DNA of 64,000 nt, from NCBI RefSeq assembly GCF_004010195.1, contig NC_057718.1, positions 74,095,604 to 74,159,603 on the forward strand. The letters run 5' to 3'. Shown here piece by piece: positions 51,583 through 64,000 of this stretch. The position numbers were made by a program, and so were the translations under genes. Source of the DNA: Chiloscyllium plagiosum. Lineage: Eukaryota. Position 1 is the first letter of the stretch, and every line of letters starts with the position of its first letter. The notes under the pieces are model-generated. The model saw only the letters and a list, made by a program, of their open reading frames with translations. It did not search any database and had not been told where the DNA came from.

Positions 51583-54500
51583 AACAAAAACTTCCAGCTC
51601 GGCGAACAGAACCACAGCAACGAGCACCCGAGCTACAAATCTTCTCACAAACTTTAATTAACCACTATTTACAATTTCTTCCTCTAACCTATCTTTTACC
51701 TTCCCTTCTATAATACTAATCTGATAAAACTCCCATTTAAGATTTATAAAACCACACTTCTTACCTCAAATTCAGGCAACTTTTGTTCTTCTGTTCAGAT
51801 CTTCCTATGTCTTCTTTTCTTCTTAGGAATTTTTGCATTACAGGTTACTGATCGAAAAGCTAATTTAAAGAGAGGTATTTTTCAAGCAGTTTGTTTCCAG
51901 GCTGCACTTGGCAGTTCTCCTCTCAACTGTTCAATTTTTCCTGGTCTTATACCCCAAAGCATCAGATTGTGTCATTGGCTTTTAAGATTGTCAATTTACT
52001 CAATTCAAATTCGATTGGAGTTTGATATTTTTCAGGGTATAATTTAAATTGATTGGCTGAATTCGAATTTGTTTTTGTCTCCAGGCAACAAGCTAATAGA
52101 GTTGTTTGAGTATGTGTTACATTGTTGCCTGATGGAGAATCACTTGGTGTTGTGTCCAGTAGTTCTGCTGCTTTTAACTCTCTTAAAGTACACTCACATC
52201 TTCTTAACACCTTCCCCCTTAAGAAAAAAAGAACCATCATAATGAAAAGATTGCTTCATTTTTTTGTCTACTTTTTATACACATTTACCATAATATACAA
52301 ATAACTTTAATATAAGTTCACCTTAACATCTTCCCATAACATTAAATAAAGACAATTCTCATCAAAACTTTATTAGTTAAATCCGCGAAAATGCATCTGT
52401 GATTACATTCTTCCAACCCACAACATGTACGATTTTTAAGTTAAAAGTCTATAACATAAGACTCTAATGAAATAGTCTCATATTCCTATCTTTAAACCGT
52501 TCTAACAATGTAAGTAGATTGTGGTCAGAGTACATAACCGTCTCCGACACATTGTTCGTGTCATACACATTAAAATGTTATAAGGCCAGTACCAAACTCA
52601 ATAGTTCCTTTTCAATTGTGGAGTATTTCCACTGGTGGACGTTGATCTTCTTCAAAAAGTAACCAACTGGCAGTTCAATCCCATTCTCATCTTCCTATAG
52701 GAGTGCAGCTCCAACTCCAATGTCACTAGTATCGATCGCGACTTTAAAAGGTTTTGAAAAGTTTGGTGTAGCTAAAACTGGTTTGGTGGAGAAAATCAAT
52801 TTCAAATGGTCAAATGCCTCCTGGCATGATTCTGTCCACTGAAACTTTGTGTTCTTCTTCAGTAAATCGACTCCACTACACTGCTGAAGTTAGAATCCAC
52901 TGAGTCCTAAGAATCGAAGTACCTCTTTCTTCGAGGTTGGTCGTGAAAATTCCTCAATGGCTTTTGTCTTTGCATTCCGTGGGGTCAACCTTCCATGACT
53001 GATGTTATGTCCCAAGAACGTCACCTCTGCTTTTGCGAATTCCATTTTATTTAAGTTTATCACCAGTTTTGCTTCTCGTAGTCATTCAAAGAGCTTTGCC
53101 AACTGTACCATGTGATCTTTCCAGGACTTACTAAAGAGCACTATATCGTCCAAACAGACTGCACAGTTTGTTAACCCAGCTACAACCTGAGACTTTGGAA
53201 TGTGACGGGTGCATTCTTCATTCCAAAGGACATCACTTTAAACTGATGTAGCTCATTTGGGGTTACAAACACAGAAATTTCTTTCGCCATCTCTGATAAA
53301 GGTACCTGCCAGTAACCACGCATTACATTTAACTTGGTGATGTAACTGGCTTGTCTAACTTTCTCGATACAGTCCTCCAATCTAGAAATTAGATATGAGG
53401 CTGACTTTTGTAACGGCGTTGACCTTCCGACAATCCATGCAGAATTGTTGAGTCCTGTCTGGTTTGGGAACTAAGATGATCGGTGAACTCCACTTGCTCT
53501 GGCTTGGTTTGATGATGTCCTCGTCGAGCATGGCATCCACCTTCATCTGGACCTGTCTGGCTTTGAAAGGATTAAGCCAATAGGGATGTTGTTTTATCAC
53601 AGCAGTATTTCCTACGTCTACTTCATGTACAATAGCATTAGTCTTTCCCATCTGATTCTTACATAGGTTCTTATACTACAGTAACAAATCTGTTCAATGC
53701 TCCTGACATCGATAGCTTACTAATCTATACCACTCCTCAAGGACTTCTTCATTTTTAAATCTATTTTGAGGCACCTCAAAATCCACATAATCTGGATTTG
53801 ATTCCTCACTCTGCGAGGCCATAACTAACACCTGTTTCTCCAGTTCTTTCTCTCTAGTGTAATATGATTTCAGCATGTTCACATGACATACCCAATAGCT
53901 TTTCTTTCTATCTGGCATCTTTACTAAATAGTTCACCTGACATACTTTTTCTCAATTTGATAGGGACCCTAAACCTGGCTTTGAAGGGATCTCCTATCAC
54001 TGGCAACAATACTAACACGTCATCCCCTTGAGAAAATGTCCGAGTCTTGGAGCTTTTATCTGCCACCTGCTTCATTCTACATTATGCCCTCTTTAGGTGC
54101 TGTTTAGCTAACTTACCTACTCGATTTAGTCTCTACCTCACCTCCGATACATAATCTAAGTGTGATATCTCTGACATTGGTCCTGTCAATTTTTCTTTAA
54201 TTAATTTCAAAGGGCCTCTCACTTCATGACTGAATATTAACTTGAAGGGAGTAAACTGAATAGATTCATTTGGGGCATCTCTAATGGCAAACATTACCAA
54301 TGGGATACCTTTTTTCTAATTATTCTGGAAATCTTGAAAGTATGCTCTCAACTCATGTTGTAGCATTAATATGCTACAACAAGATGCTTTGATGCCATCT
54401 TTCTGAAGCTCCCTGGAATTCGGGATGATAAGCACTGGATTTAAAATGCTGTATATCTAAGCTATTCATAACCTCTTTAAACAGCCTAGCAGTAAAATTT

Positions 54501-55819
54501 GACCCTTGGTCTGACTGAATCTCTCTGGGTAGCCCATACCGTGTGAAGAAAACTACTAATTCCTATACTAGCCTTTTTGCCTTGAACTCCATAATGGTAG
54601 AAATCTGGTAGACACATCCATTATGGTTAACAAGTACTTTTAGTTCTTGGGAGGGGACCTACATAATCAATTATAAACTCGAGTGTAAGGTTCTTCAAAT
54701 GCAGGAATTAGCAACAAAGGTGCAGGTTTTATTACCACCTGTGGCTTGCCTACCATTTGGCAGGTGTTACACGTGCAGCAAGAGTGAACCAAGTCCTTGT
54801 ACGTTACAGGCCAATACCTTCGCCCGAGTCTTTCGTACTCCTAGGTGACCATCTACAGGTAGTTCATGTGCTACCCGTAACACTTCCTGTCTGTAAGCTA
54901 CTGGCAACACAATCTGGTGCACTTCGGCCCATTTCGCCTCTGCACAAACCTGCCGTGGTCTCCATTTCTGTCTGAGGATTCAATCTTTCAGATAATAACC
55001 CTCAGGAATACTTTCTGCCTCCTTTTCAGAGCACACATCCACACATTTTATCGTCTTGTCTTGCTGTTGCAAGTCTCTTAACCTTTCAGGATTAAACACT
55101 TCTGTCTGACCCTCTGCCTGTTCAGGTTTATCGTGCACCGTTACATCAAATAGGGTATCCGCTAACCGAACCTCAACTCCTTCATCTTCCTCTTTACTTT
55201 TCACTTTGTGCTGTGACTTATGATAATGGGATTTGATTACTATACAGTCCGGGAAAATACCAGGACTTTTGTGTTTTAACTTCTCAGTTTCTTGGTCTTC
55301 CTTGGGCTTCTCCACAACAAGGGGTGTAACTCCCACCTTGGATCCTGCCAAATCATTCCCAAGAATAAACTGAATTCCTGGAACTGACACTCTGTCAATC
55401 ACTCCCACTGTTACTTCCCCAAGCCTTGAGTTGACACTCCAACCTGATCTGATATAAGGGAACGTTAAATTTCTGTCCATGTATCCCACAAATTACCAAA
55501 CTCTCAAGTAACAGAGCAGAAAGAGTGCATATTCACTCATCCCTTACTATCAGCGTCTGGTTAGATCCTGTGTCTCTCAAAATTATAACATCTTGTCCTT
55601 CTCCCCCTGTTCTTTCTGAGTAATCTTTACCTACTGAGGCATATTCTTTGTAGAGCTCAGTACTAACTCCATACCCAGTCCCTGTCTAGCCTGTGCACTT
55701 TTCTGCAGCTCCTCGGCTCTTCCTCGGGTCTCCTGTACTATCTTCACTAATGCCACTGGCTTAGCTTCTTTTACCACATCTTTTCACACAGTGTCTTTTC
55801 TTAATGACCAGCACAGTGA

Positions 55820-56873
55820 CTTCTTGTTTCATTTTTATCCTGGAACATTAAACTGCCAGTACTGTCCATCCCTGAGCCATGTTTCTGTAATTACTGATAT
55901 CCCATGCCCATGTTCCTAACCATGCCCTGAGTTCATCTGCCTTCCCTGTTAGGCCTCGTGCATTGAAGTAAATGCAGTTTAATTTATCAGTCCTACCTTG
56001 TTCTCTGCTTTGTCCATGCCTGCCCTGACTGTTTGACTCGCTTTTTTTTAACAACTATACCAGTCTCAGATTGATTTCTTTCCTCACTTTTCCCTGGGTC
56101 CCATCACTCCATCTTACTAGTTTAAATCCTCCTGAGCAGCCCTAGCAAATCTCCCTGCCAGTATATTAGTCCCTTGCCAATTCTGGTGCAAACCATCCTT
56201 TTTGTGCAGGTCACGTCTACCCCAGAAGAGATTCCGATGATCCAAAATTATGAACTCTTCTCCCATGCACCAGCTCCTCAGCCATGCATTCATCTGCTGT
56301 AGCCTCCTATTCCTACCCTCACTAGCTTATAGCACCAGCAGTAATCCAGATATTACTACCCTTGAGGACCTCCTTTTTAAATTCCTGCCTAACCTTCTTT
56401 ATTGGTCCCTTCAGAATCTCATCCTTTTTCCTTCCTATGACATTTGTGCCAATGTGGACAACAACCTCCTGCTGGTCCATTTCCTCAAGGACATTCTGCA
56501 CCTTCTCAGAGACATCCTTGAGCCTAGCACAGGGAGTCAACTTACCATTCTGATTTCTCGCTGCTGACTGCAGAAATGTTTTTCTGTGCCTCTGACTAGA
56601 GAGTTTCCTATCACAATTGATCACTTGGAATCTGACATACCCCTCATTACAGTCTCGAAACTTGGTTGTTTGTGCTGCCATCACCCCCTATATTTTCCAA
56701 AACAGCATACTCATTTGAAATGGGAGTAGCCACAGAAGACCCTTGCACTACCTGCCCATCCCTCCTACATTTCCTGGAGTTAATCCATCTACCTGACTGT
56801 ATCTGGGGATTTACTCCCTTCCTATAACTGCCATCTATCACACCCCCTGGCTCTTGTAATTCCTCATTGCCTC
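55820..56873 (-). mobile_element. CR1 5' part: endonuclease start and ORF1 esterase remnant
   Basis: LNCIYFNARGLTGKADELRAW (APE start); EVVVHIGTNVIGRKKDEIL (SGNH esterase block of CR1 ORF1). Confidence 0.85.
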
Positions 56874-56935
56874 TGGTAGACTTGCGTTGTTTTTCTTGGA
56901 GCAGAGAAGAGTGAAGGAGAGACATGATTGAGACA

Positions 56936-59900
56936 GAGTCATAGAGATGTATTGCACAGAAACAAACCCTTTGGTCTAACTCGTCTATGCCAAATAGATT
57001 AATCTAGTCCCTTTTGTCAGCACTTGGGCCATATCCCTCTCAACCCTTCCTATTCATATACCCATTCAGACACTTTTTAAATGCTGAAATTGTACTAGCC
57101 TCCACCACTTCCTCTGGTAGCTCATTCCATACATGCACCACACTCTGTGTGAACATTTCCCCCTTTGTTTCCTTTCAAATCTTTCCACTCTCACCCTAAA
57201 CCTATGCCCTCTAGTTCTGAACTCCCCCAGCCCAGGGAAAATACCTTGTCTATTTACCCATTCCATGCCCCTCATGACTTTGTAAACCTATATAAACCTC
57301 AGCCTCCGATGCTCCATGAAAACCCGCCTCAGCCTATTCAGCCTCTCCCTGTAGTTCAAATCCTCCAACTCTGACAACATCCTTGTCAATCTTTTCCGAA
57401 TCATTTCAAGTTTCACAACATCTTTCTGATAGCAGAGAGATCAAAATTGCACACAATATTACAAAAGTGGACCAACAAATGTCCTGTACAGCCACAACAT
57501 GACCTCCCAACTCCTATACTTAGTGCTCTGACCAATAAAGGAAAACATACCAAATACCATCTTCACTATCTGATCTACCTGCAACTTCACTTGCAAGGAA
57601 CTATGAACCTGCACTCCAACATCTCTATTCAGCAACACTCCTTTGGAACTTACCATTAAGTGCCCCAATTTGCTTTTCCAAAATGCAACACCTCACGTTT
57701 ATCTAAATTAAACTCCATCTGCCACTCCTCAGCTCGTTGGACCATCTGATCAAGATCTCGTTGTACTGAGGTAGGTTTCTTCACTGTCCACTATACCTCT
57801 AAATTTGCTGTCATCTGCAATCTTAGTAACTATACCTCGTATGTTCATATCCAAATCATTTACATAAATGGTGGGCGGCACGGTGGCACAGTGGTTAGCA
57901 CTGCTGCCTCACAGCGCCAGAGACGCGGGTTCAATTCCCGCCTCAGGCGACTGACTGTGTGGAGTTTGCACATTCTCCCCGTGTCTGCGTGGGTTTGCTC
58001 TGGTTTCCTCCCACAGTCCAAAGATGTGCAGGTCAGGTGAATTGGCCATGCTAAATTGCCCGTAGTGTTAGGTAAGGGGTAAATGTAGGGGTATGGGTGG
58101 GTTGTGCTTCGGCGGGTCGGTGTGGACTTGTTGGGCCAAAGGGCCTGTTTCCACACTGTAATCTAATCTAATGTAATCTAATCTAAAAAATGATGTAAAG
58201 CAATGGACCCAGGCCTCCAGCCTGAAAAGCAACACTCCACCACCTTCTTTATCCAAATGACTAGTTTTCGCTGTATTCCATGAGATCTAAACTTGCTACC
58301 AGTCAGCCATGAGGAACTTGTTGAACACCTTTCTGAAGCCCATCTAGATCATGTCCACCACTTTGCCCTTATCAATACTTCTTCAAAAAATTCAATTAAG
58401 TTAGTGAGACATAACTTTCCACGCACAAAGGCATGTCGATGATCCGTCATCACTCCTTGCCTTGACAAAAACATGGAAATCCTGTCCCTCAGGATTCCTC
58501 CAACAACTTGCCCATGATCAATTTCAGGTTCACCTGTCTATAGTTCCCTGGCTTTTCCTTACCACCTTTCTGAAACAGTGGCACCATGTTAGCCAACCTC
58601 CAGTCTTCTGGCACTTCACCTGTGACTATCAATGGACAAGAGGCCCAGCAATCGCTTCCCACAGAGTTCTAGGTACACCTGATCAAGTCTTGGAGATTAT
58701 TCATCTTTATGCACTTTAAGACATCCAGCACTTCCTCCTCTGTAATATGGACATTTTTCAAGTTGTCACCATCTATTTCCTCACATTCTATATCTTCCAT
58801 GTCTTTCTCCATAGTAAACACTGATGCAAAATACTTGTTTGTATCTCACCCATCTCCTGAGATCCAACACAAAGGGCAACTTGCTGATCTTTGAGGGGCC
58901 CTATTCTCTCCCTAGTTACCCTTTTGTCCTTAATGTATTTATAAAATCCCTTTGGATTCTCCATAATCCTATTTGCCAAAGCTATTTCATTTCCCCTTTT
59001 TGCCCTCCTGATTTCCCTTTAAGTATGCTGCCTTTATACGCTTTTAGGGATTCACTCTATCTCTGCTGTCTACACCTGGCATATGCTTCATTCTTTTTCT
59101 TGAAGAAAGCCTCAATTTCTCTAATCATCCAGCATTCCCTATATCTTACAGCCTCGCCTTTTATCCTAATAGGAACATACCATCTCTGGATTCTGTTATC
59201 TCATTTCTGAAGGCTTCCCATATTTCAGCCCTCCCTTCACCTGCGAACATCTGCCCCCAATTAACTTTTGAAAGTTCCTGCCTAATACCATCAAAATTGG
59301 CCTTCCTCCAATTTGGTTCTTCAACCTTTAGATCCGGTCTATCCTTTACCACCACTGCGTTAAAAATAATAGAATTATGGTCACTGGCTCCAAAGTGCCT
59401 ACCCCCCCGACCTCCAGCTGACACCTCAGTCACTCACCCTGCCTTATTTCTCATGAGCAGGTCAAGTTTTGCACCTTCTGTATTGAGTACATCCACATAC
59501 TGAATCAGAACACTTTCTTATACACACTTAACAAATTCCTCACCATCCAAACCCTTAACACAATGACAGTCCCAGTCTGTGGAAAGTTAAAATCCCCTAA
59601 CATAACCACTTTGTTATTCTTACAGATGACTGAGATCTCCTTACAGATTTGTTTCTCAATATCCTGCTGACTATTGTTGGTGGTGGTGGAGGGGGGGTTC
59701 TATACCACAATCCCAATAAGATAATGATCTCTTTCTTATTTCTCAGTTCACCCAACTAACTTCTGTGGATGTACTCCCAGGGATATCCTCTCTAAATACA
59801 GCACTTATGTTATCCCTTGTCAAAAATGCCACTCCCCTCCTCTCTTTACCCCCCCTTTCTGTTTTTGCTATTGCAATTTGTATTCTGGATCATTAAGCTG

Positions 59901-61105
59901 CCTGTCATGTCTCTCCCTGAGCCACATTTCTGTAATTGCTATGATATCCCAGTCCCATGTTCCTAACCATGCCCTGAGTTCAACTGCCTTACCAGTTAGG
60001 CCTCTTGCATTGAAATAAATGCAGTTTAATTTATCAGTCCTATCTCATTTTCCGCTTTTTTCCTGCCTGCCCTGACTATTTTGACTTACTCCTTTCCCCG
60101 ACTGTACCAGTGTCAGATTGATCTCTTTCCTCACTATCTCCCTGGGTCCCACCCTCCCTCCCCACTTCCTTCTTATTAGTTTAAATCCTCCTGAGTAGCT
60201 CCAGCAAATCTCCCTGGCAGTATATTAGTCCCTTTACAATTGTGGTGCAATCCATCCTTTTTGTGCAGGTCACTTCTACCTCAGAAGAGATTCAATGATC
60301 CAAATATGTGAACCCTTCTTCCCTGCACCAGCTCCTCAGCCACACATTCATCTGCTCTAACCTCCTATTCCTACCCTCACTAGCTCGTAGCACAGGGAGT
60401 AATCCAGATGTTACTACCCTCGAGGACCTCCTTTTAAACTCCTGCCTAACCTTCTATATTCTCCCTTCAGAATCTCATCCTTTCACTTCCAATGTTGTTA
60501 GTTCCAATGTGGACAACAACCTCCTGCTGGTCCTTCTTCCCTTTGGGATTATTCTGCACTGTCTCTGAGATATCCTTGATCCTGGCACCTGGGAAGCAAT
60601 ACACCATTCTGATTTCTCGTGACTGGCCGCAAAAATGCCTGTGACTACAAGTTTCCTATCATAATCGATCACTTGGAACCTGATATACCTCTCATTACAG
60701 TAGAGCCTGTCTCAATACCAGAAAGTTGCCTGTTTGTGCTACATTCCCCTGAGAGTCCATAACCCTCTATATTTTCCTGGACAGCATACTTGTTTGTGGT
60801 GGGGTGTGCCACAGGAGACCCCTGCACTACCTGTCTCCTCTCCTACCTTTCCTGGAAGTAACCAATCTACCTGACTTTATCTGCGGTTTTCCCCCCTTCC
60901 TATAACTGCCATCCGTCACACCACCTAGGTCTTGTAAATTCCTCATTGCCTCTAACTGCCAATCCAATCAAGCTATGCCATTTAATAGGACTCGCAACCA
61001 AACACACTTCCTGCAGACAACATCATTCGTGACAAGGAGACTCTCCCTAAACTTTCACCCCCAAAAGGAAGAGCACATCACTCTATTATAGGCCATCTCT
61101 TTACC
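56936..61105 (-). mobile_element. Near full-length decayed CR1 LINE (ORF1 zinc finger/zipper + esterase, ORF2 APE-RT, 3' tail)
   Basis: ORF1 start near 61096 (MA..VMCSS....VCRKC), HFGASDHNSI, MENPKGFYKYIK, RT C-terminus and ctctatgactc tail. Confidence 0.88.
57872..58185 (+). mobile_element. HE1-like SINE (young) nested in CR1
   Basis: Full head gtgggcggcacggtggcacagtgg, B box ggttcaattcc, (aatct)n tail; aaatg repeated at both flanks. Confidence 0.93.
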
Positions 61106-61107
61106 TT

Positions 61108-61725
61108 GGAGAAAGTGAAGGCTGCAGATGCTGGAGATCAGAGTCGAGGGTGTGGCGCTGGAAAAGCATAGCAGGACAGACAGCATTGGAGGAGCAGGAG
61201 AGTCAATGTTTCAGGCAAGAGCCCTGTATCAGGAATGAGGCTTTTGAGCTGAGGGCATAGAGAGATAAATCAGAAGGGGGTGGAGCTGGGAGGAAGATAG
61301 CTGAGAGTACGTTAAGTATATCAGGTATATCAGGTTCCAAGTGATCGATTATGATGGATGTGGGGGTGAAGGTGATAAGTTGGAGAGGAGGTTGCAGCGG
61401 ATAGATGAGAAGGAAGATGGACAGGTAGGACAGGTCATGACTGCAGTGACGAGTTGGTAGATTGGAACTGAGATGAGGTGGAGGGGAGGGGAAATGAGGA
61501 AGCTGGTGAAATCCACATTGATGCCATGGCGTTGGAAGGTCCCAAGGCGGAAAGTGAGGCGTTCTTCCTCCAGGCGTCAGATGGTAAAGGAGCAGCGATG
61601 GACCACACGGCATCAATGTGGACCATTAGTTTCCTCATTTTCCCCCCCCCACCTTATTCCAGATCTAACCTTCCAACTCGACACCTCCTTTATGACCTCT
61701 CAGGCTCACCTGTCCAACCTATTCA
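61108..61725 (-). mobile_element. Penelope family-A 3' end with GIY-YIG C-terminus, decayed hammerhead and an inverted partial copy (about 61625-61720)
   Basis: Minus-strand RLEEERLTFRLGTFQRHGINVDFTSF (about 61500-61580) followed by the family-A pLTR. Confidence 0.8.
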
Positions 61726-62378
61726 CAACCTTTTCATTCCAGGTATCAATCTAGTAAAACAACATTGAACCACCTCCAATGCACTTAAATCTGTCTCTGT
61801 TTCTATAGTTTATACAGTTTTGGTTTTTAATCTGTTTCAGTCTTTGTTTCCTTAGAAACTGGGAAGGTCAATTTCCTTTCTCAGTTTTCCTTTTCAAGTA
61901 GAGTGTATCTTTAAAAAATACGACCTTTGACCTCATCTATCCCAGTTATTTCTGTATATAAATGTATAGAACTCCTTTTCTGTTGGATTCTGCCTCTCCT
62001 TTTCTTCTGTCTTTGATGAATAGCTGGTAAGTTTTTTTTTCAACCAGTTCTCTCAGTCAGAAATGCCTCTCCCTTTTTTAGGTCTTCAGACATTCTTCAC
62101 TCCTTTAGTGAGTTGTCTAGTGTAATGTTTGAGTTCTCCCAGCATATGGTCAATACATGTGATCGTCAGAAAGGAGGATGTGGCATTTCAGTCAGGCCCA
62201 ACAAGCAGGATGTGAGACAGACTATATTAGGATTAATTTTATTTGTTTGTTTCTGCTGTTTTGAAAAATGCTATGTTACTTAGAATACAAATAACTCAAT
62301 GCTAAGCACATTCAGTGTAAGCAGGTCTGCTGTTTACATATAATATCATCAAAAAAGAACTGCTGAAGCATCCTTTAT

Positions 62379-62681
62379 GGTGGCATGGTGGCTCAGTGGT
62401 TGGCACTGCTGCCTCACAGCACCAGGGTCCCAGGTTCGATTCCAACCTCGGGCGACTGTATGCGTGGAGTTTGCACATTCTCCCTGTGTCTGCGAGTGTT
62501 CCGGTTTCCTCCCACATTCCAAAGATGTGCACATCAGGTGAATTAGTCATGCTAGATTGCCCATAGTGCTAGGTGCATTAGTCAGAGGGAAATGGTTCTG
62601 GGTGGGTTACTCTTTGGAAGGTCAGTGTGGACTGGTTGGGCTGAAGGTCCTGTTTCCACACTGTAGGGAATCTAATCTAAT
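62379..62681 (+). mobile_element. HE1-like SINE
   Basis: A box tggctcagtgg, B box ggttcgattcc, V-domain, aatctaatctaa tail. Confidence 0.92.
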
Positions 62682-64000
62682 CCTCAGATGAGGAATAGGC
62701 TGTCACGGTTGGGAAGTCTGAAGCATTTCTAATTCTAAACGTAGCTGGTATGATAGTACTTCTAGCAAACTCTGTCCTCATACAAATCTACTGAGGGGTT
62801 TATTCTGAAATGTGAACACATTGCTACTTTCCACAGTTCCCCACTGGGAGTTTCCAATGTGTGCATTTTCTTGTGTTGTTTTTCTTTCCGAAGGAAAGCC
62901 ACACAGTGGCTACCTCTTGTAGAAATTAAGTAATACTGAATGTTGCTTCAAATTGTAGCCTCACTGAAGATTAGTAGTATTAACAAGTGAAAGAGAGTAT
63001 CTTTGCTGACCTGAATTCCTAAGAAACTAACACATAATTTGATCAATTAAACTAGTAAGTTGCAAATTGATCCATATTAAATATTCATATTTCTAATCCT
63101 CACTTTTGGTGGAATGCAAAGAAAACAGGAAACCTCAACTGAGTTAATAAGAGAGTAGTCAGCACTTGATATTTTGTCAGAGGCCCTCAGTTTTCCTTCA
63201 TAAATTTTCTCTTCCGTTGTTTAGCAGTCCTGTGGTTTAGCTCCTGCTTTATTCACCCTTTTCCTTTCTGCTCCTCACCTCTCATTTCCTTCAGACTGAT
63301 GAACTACAGAGAGTTAACATGTACACTAATAGATAGAAAAACCTGCTAGCTTTGAGAATACTGATTGATTTGCTTTCAGAATATAGTCAATTCTTGAATA
63401 TTATTTAAACAATAACTACACTCTTGATACAATATAAGAATCAAGGCCTTGACTTAAAAATTCATTAAAGAACTGATTCATTTTTAAAATGACTCAGAGC
63501 ATTGACATGGCTAGTTTTGGTAATTGTCTGGTGTAATTTTACAGGAATTGAAGATGCAGACAGATGTACTCTGACAATCCTCATATCCTAGCTTGGGAAT
63601 TACGGGTTACTGGAGAGACATGCTTAAAAAAAAAGTGAGTTAAAGATTGAAAATATTAAATGAAAGTAGAGGAAGTCCATTTGTACCACATAAAAGATTC
63701 TATGTGGGCAAACTATATTAGAGGGTTACATAATATACATATAGGTTATATAATATATTGATTATATATGTTCCCAAAGTTGTAGTAGAGCAGAGAGAAA
63801 CCTTGCAACTAAAGTGAAATATGGCTCACAGAAATCACAATCCCCACTCATTGGGGATTTAATTACCCAAAGTTGCACTAATAAAATTAATTGTCACTTG
63901 GACAACTATGGATTAACTTAAAAAGCCAACAGATTTGTTAAGGTCAAGTCATGTTTAGCTAACAAGTTTCATTGAGGTAGTAGAGACAGTTGATAATTAC

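Larger units (their letters stand above)
50028..51653. mobile_element. Composite Penelope-like (family C) insertion within the LTR: partial pLTR, gap, CR1 fragment, inverted pLTR pair
   Basis: 13-bp TSD ttaattaaccact at 50015-50027 / 51654-51666; inverted arms 51309-51447 / 51517-51655 with TATAAA at 51493. Confidence 0.8.
49869..55820 (-). mobile_element. Second Gmr1-type Gypsy element (gag and 5' LTR deleted)
   Basis: LTR 49869-52209 bounded by TGTTAAGA...TCTTAACA; adjacent PPT (minus aagggggaagg); minus-strand order protease ILRDTGS (about 55570), integrase (about 54900-53870), RT (WSSPIILVPKPD, GYWQVPL; about 53650-52900), RNase H (about 52750-52390). Confidence 0.9.

Noticed and set aside
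61750..64000. 3' end of a convergent neighbour gene (NT5E lies tail-to-tail with SNX14 in human)
   Set aside because: I could not find a recognisable coding exon on either strand; synteny alone is insufficient

Overview
This is eukaryotic, repeat-dense vertebrate genomic DNA, inferred to be shark/elasmobranch from abundant HE1-type V-SINEs, CR1 LINEs and a Deu-domain SINE. The only host gene I can support is the 3' end of SNX14 on the + strand: four small GT-AG coding exons (2002-2097, 19381-19472, 26859-26915, 37641-37679) and a polyA signal at 37894. Almost everything else is transposon-derived. There is a decayed L1-clade LINE with both ends present and a TSD (3245-9097), many CR1 LINE fragments (one near full length), two decayed Gmr1-type Gypsy LTR elements with integrase upstream of RT, and about 17 HE1-like SINEs. 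There are also L2/Rex-type tails, three families of Penelope-like terminal repeats carrying minimal hammerhead-ribozyme cores, a multi-kb degenerate (CCCTAA)n-like tract, a 34-bp minisatellite and two N gaps. The most interesting signals are short TSD-flanked hammerhead-bearing mini-elements (including a tandem dimer and fold-back forms), two exact short segments apparently copied from nearby DNA, and a four-level nested insertion stack. These mostly belong to known classes, and I found no convincing wholly new multi-gene system. Family assignments come from motif recognition, not database searches, and TE boundaries are approximate unless a TSD is quoted.
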